Part shown: in pieces, positions 51,971 to 64,000 of the stretch
How the letters are laid out: each line of letters begins with the position of its first letter
Numbering within the stretch: position 1 is the first letter of the stretch
Source of the DNA: Vicugna vicugna
Lineage: Eukaryota
Direction: 5' to 3'
Length of the DNA: 64,000 nucleotides
NCBI GenBank assembly: GCA_013265495.1
Contig: MU058844.1
Coordinates: 6,199,260 to 6,263,259, forward strand
The notes under the pieces: model-generated
Told to the model about the DNA's origin: nothing
Database searches by the model: none
Seen by the model: only the letters and a program-made list of their open reading frames with translations
Program-made: the position numbers and the translations under genes

Positions 51971-53605
51971 GAGAGAGAGAGTTGGTAAACAACAGAAAGC
52001 CTACAATTAAACAGAATAGAAGACTAAATGTTTATTTTTTTTAAAAAAAATCAGGACCAAAGATATAAACACAAATGAAGAAATACAAATGACCAATAAA
52101 GAAACAAGACTTTCATACTATTCAGGCACGTTAAGCCCCAGTTGTCCCTGAGCCTGGGTGGGGCTGTGAGGTTGACGGACTGGGGTATCACCATGTTCTC
52201 TCACTACATATTCTCAAGCCATGCTGAACCTAGACCTTACCTCTCTCCCCCAGCTCTCCAAGATCCACATTTTGACACAGAGCTATCTAGCACTTCTCCA
52301 GTATTCTTAGTGCCTCTCCACCCATCACTCGGTACAACAGCAGAAGAGATTCTTCTATGAGGACCCACCCTCCTTGGAGAGCAGAAGAGATGGGGATTAC
52401 AAACACTTACATTTCAATCATTTCACCCTCCCAGAAAGCAAGACCATATCCCAAGATGGCAGAGAGACAGTATCTTTGAAGGCAGCAGAGAGACAGACGA
52501 GCTATACTTTAAGTATCGCTTTTAGATTCATCTTGTATCATTCAAGAGTACTGAGATTATTTTTTTCTTTAGACTCTTCGCCATTAAATTTGCAACTAAA
52601 TATCTGAACCTCTCTTTTTAAACTATATCCTCAGAAATTGAACAAATGCAAAAAGTAACACAGTGATATGATAGCTCTTTGATTTTGGATTTTTGTTGAG
52701 TTTTACTTTGAAACCCTTTGAGGACACTTAGCTGACAGTTTTTAACTTAAGCCACAGAAGAGGTCAGAGAAATAGAAGAGAATCACTTTATCAAGAAATG
52801 AAGCACTTTTAAATAGCAAAAAAATCAACTGTGTAAATGAAAAATAAGAAGAGGGCCGCCATTGTGTGTTTTTTCCAGAAATGACTGTGATCAAATCTAT
52901 TTGCCTTATTTTGCTACTCCCTGTATCACGCTATTAAAGGCCTAATTGTGCCACCAGCATTGCTAAAAGTCTATTCACATCACTTTTCTCCTATGTCACG
53001 GTTTCTGCCATTTCCTGTGCATTGTTTATCTTATTATTTACTTGTTATTCCTTTAGAAAATCAATTTGCTTTAGGGAAGGAAGCAGTAAGTAGGCTAATA
53101 TGTTAGTGGCTTTATTAGCGACATTGTTAGACTTCACATTTTCCATATTTCAATGATGATAAAAGGTCACATCTGAGAATTGTAAGAGCCACGCCACCAC
53201 CAAGGGAAGTCCGAAGTGCATTTCTATCTAAGTACATGATTAAAACACATAATTATGGATTCCCATGAAACACTGGAAAATAACAGAACTCAGTTGAAAG
53301 AGGAAACATAATAACCAGCATTTCTCAGTCCCTTTTGTGCTCCTACTGAGGGAAATAGCCGGTTTCCCAGACAGTATTTTTCAAGCCACTTCAAGAAAGA
53401 GAACTCTGGTGGCCAGTGGTGGGATACAGAGGCCCAAAATCTGGAGACTGGGGGAGGGTGAGGCCCCAATATGTGCAGCTTGGTAAAAATATCTTTCCCA
53501 CTCGGTTGTATTCATAGGGACATTTCATTTATTTTATATAAATTTGTCCAGGACAATGCTTGGTACATAGCTGATGCTGAATAAATGTCAAGTGAACATA
53601 TTAAA

Positions 53606-53758
53606 TATAGCACAGGTAAATATATTCAAGATCTTGTAGTAGCTCACGATGAAAAAGAATATGAGAATGAATTTTCATGTATGACTGAAAAATTGTGCTG
53701 TACACCAGAAATTGACACAACATTGTAAACTGACTATAACTCTATTAAAAAAAAAAAA
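53606..53758 (+). mobile_element. Short young L1 3' end with poly(A) (camelid-like)
   Basis: 'tatagcacaggtaaatatattcaagatcttgtagtagctcacgatgaaaaagaatatg...tgaaaaattgtgctgtacaccagaaattgacacaacattgtaaactgactataactc' plus A-tail. Confidence 0.9.
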
Positions 53759-55189
53759 GATCCCAGAAAAAAATTATATTAAATATATTAAATTGTATTA
53801 AATATACTTGGCAGACCAATATAATAGAGGTTGCTCTGCTAAGTATATCTACAGTAAATATAAAATATAGATGTATCTCTAATAAAGATATTGATCCTGT
53901 CTAATGCATGGACATTTGTAATTTTAGTCACTCCCTAGTACCAGTCCACATCTTCCTTATTTTCAGGATATTCGTTCCATCAAACTTTTTTGAACTAGAT
54001 TTTTACATACTAAGAAAATTTTGCATTGGAATTTGTCCAGCATAGTCCCATAAATCATACTGCCTTTACAGAGTTCATAAAATTTCCCTCACCCAAATTA
54101 GACTGATCTCAGTTTATTATATCAAAACATTTGGGGCCATACTTTCTCGCATCTGTTGAGTGTTTTTCATTGTTTATATTTACCGTTCCCCTCCTGCAAC
54201 CATTCCTCAATGCTTTTTTCTGTTAAAGCAAGGTGGAATGTAAGGCAGGTTTGCTGAATTTAATTAATGCAAAGGAAATGGTTATCCTACAAGAAAAACA
54301 AGATAAATGCTTTCAGAATTTCCTCTCCTAGTGAATAAGACTTTCATTGCCAGGTGTAGAGTGAGGCTAGGAATCATGAAGGAGGAAAGAAATCCATTCA
54401 TAGATAAATCACTTTAAAATATTTGTAAATTACTGAATTATTTAAATAAAAATTCAAAAATCTACTTATGACTCCAGTGATGGAATTCATCCACTTTTTA
54501 AATTCCAATTTTAAAAAAAATATAGCCAAAGCCAAAATTTCTGGAATAACTAAGAATTTGGATACAGTGAATAGAGTACATATGAATGAGAATATTCAAA
54601 TAATCAGAATATAACATCATGTATCCTATTAAACCGTAATGAACTTGAATTTGTATGCCATTAACTCAGAAAGCATTTTATGGTCTTTCAGTTTTGAAAA
54701 ACACATACAGATTACATCATATCTTATTTTTCAGTACTTAACATAAAGAATATTTAAAATCCATAAAAGCCCTATATTTTAGAATTAGTTGGAATCTAAA
54801 CTTTCATTTGTCAGACGTCTTACTTTATGAACTAAAAAGTGCCCTGAGAATTGGTAAAGTCAAAAAGCCTGATAAAGTCAGAATTTAAAGTCAGAAAAGA
54901 GTTGTGATCAGGAAATTAAAGATACGGGGTCAGCATTCCCCAAGCTAGTTGCAAGACTGTGACTAAGTGTGCTGGGAGGGCAGCGTGATACAGGGTTCCT
55001 GCGTCAAGGACAAAGGATTTACAGTCAGGTCTGGATTTACATCTCATCTCCATCACATGTTAACTTTGTGAGCTTGGGTAAATCACATAATCTTTTTGAA
55101 TATTGCTTTCAATTATCTATGTATTTTTATAGCCTACTTTAAAAGTATGAGGCAATTTAGAAAAAATGTAATCAATGAGAGCATCTTTA

Positions 55190-55630
55190 CCTGAATTTCT
55201 TTAGCTTGAAACACAACCAATCTATAAAAGGTTGAAAGAACTCCCTTGTGCCTTTAATTTGGATTCACCAACTAGATAAAACTTTGCATCACAGATAGAT
55301 ATGAATGTAGATAATAAAAGCATAGATACCATCATAGACATAGATGCAGATAGAGTTGTCTTTTTTTCCAGAAAAATCTGAGAGCAAATTGCAGACACAA
55401 CGAGATTCTATCCCTACTTGCTTAAGTATCATTTTACCCATTACCTCTTAAGAACAAAGACATTGCCCTCCCTATATAACCACAAGAACACTATCGTACC
55501 CAAAAAAATTAACACTAATGCAATGATAATCTTCAATAAGAAATCCCCACAAGTAGATCAACAATGTAGTTTATAGTTGTATTTTCCTCCTTTGATCAAA
55601 GATCAACTATGCTTCTTTCTTTAGTATTTT
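55190..55630 (-). mobile_element. Old L1 (L1MC4/5-like) 3' fragment, antisense
   Basis: 'tctgagagcaaattgcagacac...ttaagaacaaagacatt...tatataaccacaagaacactatcgtacccaaaaaaattaacact'. Confidence 0.7.
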
Positions 55631-56719
55631 TTTAAGTATAGAAAATGTTTGCATAGTTCAAATTCAAAACTTTATAAAAAAGTATAATCGAAGAGGCCTC
55701 ATTCCCTTTCCCTTTCCCTTCCACTCTTCTCTTAGCAATTATTTCATTTATTTCTGGTTTATCCTGCCTGGGTTTCTTTTTCCAGTAATAAAAGCCAGGA
55801 AGCTGTGTGACGCTTGGCCAGTTACACACTTGTTGATTGTTCATTTGTTTTAATTTTTTTTAATCCATTTTATCAGGAAAATTATATTAGATGTATGTAG
55901 TAAATTAAATATTTTCTAAACAAGGCAAATACGAGCATAATAATGGAAGTAAATTAAAGTGAAAAGATGAGAAGAAATTGTAAAATTTGTATCCTAATAT
56001 TTTACATAATGTTTTATATGTTTATTTATGAAACAAAAACAAATTTTGTTTTTACACACTTTCCTACCTTTGATAAAATGTTGAGGAAGGCCTGAAGCAA
56101 CTCTAGTTAACTCAATTTGAAAGCCACTAGTTTAAACAAATATGGTGACTCAAATAGCTACTGTATACTTATTACTTTATTTTATTGCTAATTTTAACTT
56201 TCCTTTAATTTTAATAGTAAGTTCACTCAGGACGGAGATATTTATTTATATAATTTCTCCGGTTTCTCACTTTCCCTGGTAATACTATGGAAATACAGAA
56301 AATGTTTTTAAAGATATTTGAAGAATAAGTGAATTAATAAATTCTGGATAGAAGTCTGACAAGGCTGCAGAATCTACATTCTTCAATAATTTAAACACAT
56401 ATGCATGTACGATTGCTTCATCTCTTACTTTAAAGTTACTATTTACAGTTTAATTTGCATAATTCCTGAGGGTCCTTAAAAGATTTTGTAAGATAATTTA
56501 TTTAATTGACATATATCTGGATTATTCAGTTGACTGACCCACTTTACTTGTTTTGTTCAGTCATTCTGACATCCAGGAGACACAGCCTTATCCAAATATA
56601 CTCATAAATTTGTGTGAGCTTTCAAAGTATTAGTGAATTATTTCAGAATTAAATTCCTTTAGAAGGAAGAAAAATGTCCATTTTCTCATAATTTCCTCGA
56701 GAAGTTTGTCTCTCACTCC

Positions 56720-56733
56720 CCACCAGATGGCGC
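56720..56733 (+). promoter_or_regulatory. CTCF core motif (forward orientation)
   Basis: CCACCAGATGGCGC, 14/14 to CCASYAGRKGGCRS, followed by TG; CpG retained. Confidence 0.75.
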
Positions 56734-56939
56734 TGTTTCCCCACTAGCGAGTCTGTAGTCACGGGGGAGATTATACACAGCTATAAAATGCAGAAGATAG
56801 GACAGAAGGGAAAAAAGGATTCCTATGTTAACTGAAATCACATTAATGCCTCTAAGCCTGTTCATGTCCTGCTGTCCCCAAATAGTCATCTATTAGAATG
56901 TAAGTCTATTTCCTAATACTTGAGCTTCCTCTATCCGAC

Positions 56940-57906
56940 TAACTATTCAATGGTCCACACAAATGTCTGTCGTCTCAAATGCAACATGTCCAAAGCTCAA
57001 CTCCCCGTCTTCATCATCACCCACACTCAAACCTCTTGTACCAAACAACTGCGTCTGTCCTGTTGCTTGGGCTAGAACTCTTGAGTCAATCATTCTCCTG
57101 TTTTTCTGGTTTCTCCCTCTCATCCGTCTCTCCCCTACCCCATCTTCTATCCTCTCCCCCTTTCTCGCCCCTCCCCTCCCCTCCTGTCTCCTCTCCCTCC
57201 TCTCCCCACCTCTTCTCTCCCCCTCTTTCCCCCATCCCCACCCCTCTTCTCCATTCAGTCTCTTAGCAAATCCTGTTGACTCTATTTTCAAAGTGGTTTC
57301 AGAATCAAACAACCTTTCATCACCCCCACTGCTGTCATCCTGTTCTCGGCCACCAGCACCCACAACTGATCTCCTTCCTTCAGCCCTGGCTTCCCTACAG
57401 TTTATTCTTGACCTTGCAGCCAGTGGCTCTTTTCATCATCACACAGATCATGTCATGTCCTGCTCAAACCATTCAGTCTTGGTTCCCTGTTCCCTCCTCG
57501 GGCCTCAGCTCCTATCATCCCCCCCTTCTCTGACTGTCTGACTGGGCTCAAGGCACACAGGCCTCCTTGCTGGGCTGTGAACACAGGAGACGTACACCAG
57601 TCTCAGACCTCTGCTCTTTTCTTCTCCTTACTTGGAAGGATGTTCTGCCAATTATTACGTAGCTACTGCCCCAACATTTTCAGGTTGCTGCTCAGGTGAC
57701 ACCTTCTCAATGAGGTCTTACCTGTCTCATCCACATTTCAATACTTTCATGACACTTATTTTCTAGCACCCTACATAGATGACTTACTATAATTGTTAAT
57801 ATCTGTCCCTCCCCTTCTGTGAGGGCAGAGGTTTTGTTTAACTGATTTAAACCAAAGTTCTAGAATACTGGCATTAGTAGATGCTCAATAAACACCTGAA
57901 TGAATG
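56940..57906 (+). mobile_element. L2 3' region with an embedded pyrimidine-rich tract
   Basis: 'tctcaaatgcaacatgtccaaagctcaactc', 'gcaaatcctgttgactcta', 'cagatcatgtcat', tail 'gtagatgctcaataaacacctgaatgaatga'. Confidence 0.85.
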
Positions 57907-59046
57907 ATTTATACCCTAGGCATTAATAACTAACACTGAGTCAAAACAAATCTGCTTTGCTGTTTACAGAAAGTTTTCCATACAGAAATATGAAAAAAAG
58001 GAACTAAGTAGGACACAAGTTATATTGTTTAATTGGTATTCATCTTAATTCAAAAACTATTGACTTACAACCTATAGTACAGGACATGTTTTCAATAAAT
58101 GGCTAAACATTAAGTAAAACAGGCATGACTAAAGTTGGCCAAAGCTCCCGTGACATCACATGCTGTATGCTGATGTAAAGCTTCCTTCCATAGAAAAGAA
58201 ATTATGATGATGCAATGAGCCAAACTAGGTTTTCCCAGAATCTCTATTTCTATAACAGAAATGCATTTGTCACATCAACGCGTACACACTTTGATATTTG
58301 ATTTCAGTTTTGGGTTTTTTGTGAGAACATCTTAACATGGCTTTTATGCCTAGTCTGTCTATTTGTAATTGTGGTGGCATCAGATGTGGCTCTAAGAGTC
58401 AGTCTATCCGATTCAGTAAGACGTCTCTGTGAGAAGCTGATCCAGGATGTGTTGATTTCTAACATTTACACCAAAATGGGGTCAGGGCTTCCAAACCAAA
58501 ACAACTTTTGGTCACATTCATTTCTGTCACAGTCTTTTAGATATGATTTGAGGCTAAAATTGTATGTTCCACCAGTTTGACTGTTTTTCTTAGTTTTACT
58601 AAGTACTTTGGCTAAACCCACTTGTTGCTAGAAAGTTATTTGACTAAATTGAAAAATAAGTAGTTTGTAAGCTCTAAAATTAGTTAAAATGTCAAAACAT
58701 ATTATGCAGGCTCAGTGCAAGGCTCTTAATAAAAATTTACTTTCCCATTTCTATGTATAACTTTGCTTTGTAACCATTTCCCCCATTTTCATAATCATAG
58801 TCACAGCCTGTACCCTGATAATACCCATGCTCTATTTCAAACATTTGCCAAAGCAGGATGACCGAGTGATTTTATCAAGTATTGTCACTTCATAATTTTT
58901 GTATATATTTGTCATTTAACGTTTTTAACCTGTGAAAGTTAAAGTATAAATTTCTTTAAAACAAAAAAAGAGTTGGTTTTATTCTTCTAATGACCTATGC
59001 TGCTACTTAGAAACCTCAAGCTTCCCAATTTATCGTTCAAAAGAGA

Positions 59047-59118
59047 GGAAGGAAGGGAGGGAGGGAGGGAGGGAGGAAGGAAGGAAGGAAGGAAGGAAGG
59101 AAGGAAGGAAGGAAGGAA
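59047..59118. repeat. Compound (GGAA)2(GGGA)5(GGAA)11 tetranucleotide repeat
   Basis: Read directly. Confidence 0.95.
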
Positions 59119-59399
59119 AATAAATAATTTGGCAATGTGACTTACTGACACATGATGGCTGGGGCGCAGCTAATAAAGTTAATTCAAGGCACTGTGCCTT
59201 TTAGATGATATTCTCTGATTAAGTCTCGCTGCTTTATTGGAATGAGCTATCTGTTTACGTATTATCACATATGTAATTCTTCATTCTAATACCTGAAATA
59301 AATACTACCTAGTATAAAAATTTTACTCAACTGTAGAATGTGTTCATCCTCACCACACCTACTTTGCCTCTCTTTCATTTGCATAAAAGACAACTTTCA

Positions 59400-59700
59400 A
59401 GCGCCCGCGGGGCCATAGGACACGTACCAGCCATACAGCTATGAGAGGAAGTGACTCCTGTCATTCCCAGTCCGGACCTTTTAACAGTGGCTGTGAGTAT
59501 CCCATGCCCTCTCTCCTTCCCGGTCACAGTGACCCTGGACACCGTGCTTTGAGACAGTTAAGTCCCAACCCAGTGGGACTTTAGTCGGCTGGGGTCCCTG
59601 AGTAGCTTTGTAGAGCAGTTATCCCAAAGATCTCCCCAGACACATGTTAACATTTGGGAGACAGATTTTTCGTGCAGCACAGTCTAGCCAATACTGAACA
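59400..59700 (+). mobile_element. MaLR LTR fragment (MLT1J-like)
   Basis: 'gagaggaagtgactcctgtcattcccag...ccatgccctctctccttcc...ctggggtccctgagt...gcagcacagtctagccaatactga'. Confidence 0.65.
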
Positions 59701-61249
59701 ATTAAACCAGTAAAGCATAATTGTAAAGTTACTTTTTATTTCTAACAAACTCAAGGTAAAATTTGCTAATTTATCACTCTTTATCCCATAGCTCTTAATA
59801 TCTTTTACATATTGTCTTATTCCAAAAAAATTTTAATATAATAGTCCCACTTGAAGCAGGCACCTTTGTGTTAATTATTCAATGGAAGACTGTCCAGGAC
59901 CTCCTATCTGTCAAGTGAAGTTTATCGGACTGGGAGAACAAGCAAGCATGGCCTCTACTCCAAGAGTTTAGAATCTGTAGGGGAGACAGCCGGTAAAAAA
60001 AAAAAAAAAAGTGTATCAACCTAAACATGACAAATGTCCTGGAGGAAGAGTAGAGGGCAATAAAGGGGTGTGACCTGATCTGGGAATTTAGGGAGGACTG
60101 GAAAGGGAGATCTGAGTAAGAGCTGATACTTGATGTTTGAAGCTGGGATCAAGAGCAATTATGGAGGACTTGACCTTTGCAAAGATGGTCATCTTCCTAA
60201 GGGGGTATATCTGAAATTGCATCACTGTCTGGATCATAAAAACATAGATAAATTTGTAGGCCAAATTTTAACTGCTGACAACTTGATCCAGGGAATGAGA
60301 ACTTAAACTTTACATTTTAGGAAGGAAAAAAACAAGCTTATTTCCATGCCTGTAAATAGACGTCTAAGGTTGGAAACAAACATGTGCACGGAAAATTCTC
60401 TCCCACCAACTGAAAAAAGTCAAGAAACTGCACATTTGGCAGGAAGATTCCAAACAGCCTACAAGTGCCAATGTCAGAAGAACAATCTTTACACTATGTA
60501 GAAAATTGCTACTTAATCCTTCTCCAAAAATTTAATTTTATAAAATGAAAGCAAGTTCTATGTTTTAGCTATAGTAAATGAGTATGCAGTTCTCTCAGAC
60601 TGATGGAAAATGTGAGAGCTCAAACAACTTATTTCAAATTGATTTAAAGTACGGTCTTCCTAATACACTACTTAACCTCTCGCATTTATAGAGTGATGCA
60701 GGCTTTCCGAAGTATTTTATATACATTATCTCATTTGATTCTAATAGTTGAAATATATATAATTGTACCTAACAATGTAAGACTATGATAACTCTACCAC
60801 CCTCAAAATTAAATGTGAATTGAAAATAGACCCAGTCTGTCTGGGGCCGGAGCAAGTAAAACAAAATCAGATTTAAGACAGTATTGAATAACAAAAGACA
60901 ACGTACAAAGAAAATAAGAATTGGAAAGAGCTTTTGCAGATCAAATTCAAACTCCCCAATTATAATAATGATCATAATAACTTCATATAGTTTACAAGGC
61001 ATTTTTTAAAATTTGCATGAGACTTTTCGATTATAGGTCACGAGTGATATGTTGACATGAGACAATCCTTTTTCTGGGCTTGCATCCTACAAGTAAATGA
61101 CACTTTATAATGAGGTTTTCTCCCTTTAGTCCACTAACTGTCATCTAAATGCACTGAAACCTATAAGCCCTTAATTAAAAACAGGAAGATCCAATGGTAT
61201 TTTAAATTCAGAACCAGATGTTACCCCACCATCAAGTCTTGCTGAGATT

Positions 61250-62015
61250 TGACTGCAATATTTCTCCTCAGACTGATCACCCTGTTTTTATCCTTGATCC
61301 CTCCATTCTATTTTCAACACGGCAGTGGGAGCGATCCATGCTGAAACATTAATCAGGTCATTCAAGGTCATACAAGGTGTGCTGCCTCACTACCTCCCTG
61401 ACAACTACTGCTCTCCCTCTTCTCTAACCACGGGCACCTCATGACTATTCCCGTGCAGAGCCTTAAGGACAGGATGGCAGAATAGAAATGCAGGACCCCT
61501 GATTCAAATTTTATGAAGAATTTAAAGGTGGAGTGGGTCTTGTGCACCAGGTCCTGTGCAGCCACACAGGCTGCACACTGGTGAAGCCAGCTTCGGTCAA
61601 GGGACGTGAATTTACTGTGCCTTCTGCCCAGACACTCGTCCCCCCGATACCTGCATGCTCGACTCCTCCTAGGTTCTTTCCTTCTCGGAACCCCATTCCC
61701 TAAGCCTTCAGTCTTTCCTTTAAATGCCACTCTCTAGAGCTTTTCTGCTCACTTTATTTAAACTTGTAATCCTCTTCAGACACCCTTAACTCTCATTCTC
61801 TACATTATTTTTGTCCATAGCTCACATTTCTCTCTAGCACATGGTATATTTTACTTATTCGCCCTGTTTAATTTCTGCCTGGGTGCATTACAATGCAAAT
61901 TTCAAGTGAGAAGCTTTTTTTTTTTAATTTTCATTGCTGTATCCCCTGCATGTAGAATAGTGATGGGTACTCAACAAATGCATCGAATGAATAAAGGAGT
62001 GAGTGAATGAATGAG
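61250..62015 (+). mobile_element. L2 3' region split by a MER45A-like element
   Basis: 'ctccattctattttcaacacggcagtgggagcgatc', 'ttcattgctgtatcccctgcatgtagaatagtg...ctcaacaaatgcatcgaatgaataaa'. Confidence 0.75.
61455..61595 (-). mobile_element. MER45A-like MITE fragment
   Basis: 'aatagaaatgcaggacccctgattcaaa...aagaatttaaag...ggtcctgtgcagccacacaggctgcacactggtgaagccagc'. Confidence 0.7.
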
Positions 62016-64000
62016 AATATGATTGATTGGCTTTCAGCAGTAAAATGCTCAAGAATTGTGCATGGATAACCCATGGGCTAACCCCCAGCCCCTTTCACAC
62101 AGGAAGAGTCCCAGGAATTACTCTGGAGTCACCTGCGGGAGCACTCCAGTGTATGTCTTTGACTGAAATCTGTTGGTAAAGATGTGACCCTAAAGAGCTG
62201 AATCAGAAATTCTCACGTAAACCTCGGTTTCTGGGACACCAACCTCTGACCTCCACCCTCTAGTAGCAGAATGCGCCCTCCTCCTCTGGCCCCTACCCAT
62301 CTCCGCTGACCTAAAAGGGTAAGATGAGAAACCTGTAACATTCCCTGCCGACAGGTCTCACCTTCCATTCCTCCAGGTGAGTTTGGCTCCTAGGTGGCAT
62401 AAAGTAAATTAACTGACTTTCTTTTATTCATTTTTGGTAAGTCTGTTTTCTCTCCCTAAATGTCCGCTTATTTAGAAGATGAAGAAACTGCTCTCTATTC
62501 TACTCTTAGAATTAGAAACTTGTGTTTAATCAGACTATTTCAAGTACAATCTGTAGTTTCAAACCCAAGGACAAAGCCACGAATCTGGTTCTTTTTCATA
62601 CACAAAAGTGCAAAAACTTACTTCTCCTTCCCCAGTACTTCACTAAAAACTCACAATCTCGTGGGCACAACTCTTTCACGTGGCAGACAGAACTTAGTCT
62701 CTTTGTAACCTCTGTTAAGCCCAGATCAGCCCTCTCGACCATCCATTAGATGGAGCTACAAATCTCTGGAGACAGTTGGCTTCCTACAGTCTGATTAATC
62801 TTGTTTTATTTTCCAATTAAACAGGAGTTAAGATCATCGTCTGAGAATTAGAAGATTGTTAGAAGTTTGTGCAGAGGGGAAAGGCAAGCCATAATGCTCT
62901 GAGAGAATGAGTAGGAAGGAACATACACTAATAGGACAGTGGGATGGTTTGTCAGTGTTAAGTGCACACAGGATGTATTTTTGAAGCCCTCCCATTTCTT
63001 TCCAGCCCTCTTCTCTTTCAGAGATCTCAGGTCATTGGTTCAAACTTATTTTCTCTCAATTTTCTGGAAATCCTATTTTCTAAAATGGGTGATTCATTTC
63101 TTGCTGGGACTTCTTTGGCTAGAGTCAACGCATATGATATGATAATAATTGTCCCTTAAGATTCTGCTAAATTCTACTTCACCAACTGGTTCTCATTGTT
63201 CAAAATGAACTTCAGGGGCAGATTGGCATAGGGAAAGTTTATGAACTTGGATGCTCAGCAAATTTGTGTTTCTATCCTAGGTCTGCCTTTAGCCAGGAGA
63301 ACGATCTTTTCTTTTTTACCTAGCCTAATAAATTGGGAAGATAGTCTTTCAAGAAATACTTGTTGAGTGTCTGATTGTATGTCTCTTCTAGAAGTAGAGC
63401 CATAAACAAGGTCGGCAAAATCATATAGAGCCACACAATTTACTCATAAACAATTTCTTCATTTGCATTTTGCCTTAACCTAGTGTATTGAGGACGTTTG
63501 CATTTCTTCTTATAACCAGAGAAGGCGGGTCAAATGTAGGTAAGAGAAATAAAAACCACATAATCAGTAAATTGTCCTCAGGAAAATAGCTAGAAGGGCA
63601 CTCCCATTTTAATTGGTGTTGACAAACAAAAATAAGCAAATAAACAGTTTCAGACAGTTGCAAGTGCTGAGAAGAAAATCAGGCTGAGATGGTGATAAAG
63701 AATGAGATTGGTGGGAGAGACTGGCTATCTTTCGAAGATGCTATGAAGATTAGGTACACTATACGGTAAGAGAGCTGGGTATTGAGCAGAATGCCTGGCA
63801 AACTGAAAAAATATTGATGACCATCAACTTCCTATATAAAGTATATCTCTTTGGTCTCATATTTCTAATAAATTTGCTCAGGAAAAAACCATATAATCAC
63901 TTTGGTGATTTTCTCCTGGATGAATCCTATACTTAGGGTAAAGAAAGGTTAGTGAGATCAAAGGACTGACAGCAAACTCCTGAGAGGTCATATTGTTACT

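Noticed and set aside
56963..57541. 192-aa ORF (longest in the track)
   Set aside because: Lies entirely in L2 plus a polypyrimidine tract; the Pro/Ser/Leu composition is a low-complexity artefact
1..64000. Prokaryotic-type systems (CRISPR arrays, operons, defence islands), tRNA/rRNA/snRNA genes, NUMTs, processed pseudogenes
   Set aside because: The sequence is mammalian repeat-rich DNA; no regularly spaced repeat array, dense coding region or recognisable structural RNA was seen by eye (Infernal/BLAST would be needed to exclude degraded copies)

Overview
AT-rich mammalian non-coding DNA (intergenic or deep intronic). I found no protein-coding exon, RNA gene or pseudogene that I can support. 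The long ORFs in the track are antisense or degraded retroelement frames, low-complexity sequence or chance ORFs. The window is a mosaic of interspersed repeats: truncated L1 copies, an orphan L1 5'-UTR-like piece, ancient L2/MIR, MaLR (MLT1) LTRs, at least five ERV solo LTRs (two with perfect 4-bp target-site duplications, one clearly MER41-like) and hAT MITEs (MER45A, MER94, MER20, MER5). The young L1 3' ends look cetartiodactyl and most like camelid L1, and I saw no Bov-A/BovB, PRE-1 or Alu SINEs, so camel/alpaca is a reasonable but unverified guess. The strongest non-repeat signals are regulatory: three near-consensus CTCF cores in divergent orientation (33.5, 41.3, 56.7 kb), a MER41-like LTR followed by a cluster of STAT (GAS) motifs (46.6-48.5 kb), an 87-bp tandem duplication that doubles a GRHL site next to an LTR carrying a perfect NF-kB site (26.6-27.4 kb), and two compact motif clusters (53.0 and 58.2 kb). 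I cannot support a claim of a new biological system. Repeat family names come from recalled consensus sequences and need RepeatMasker/Dfam confirmation; boundaries without a TSD are approximate.
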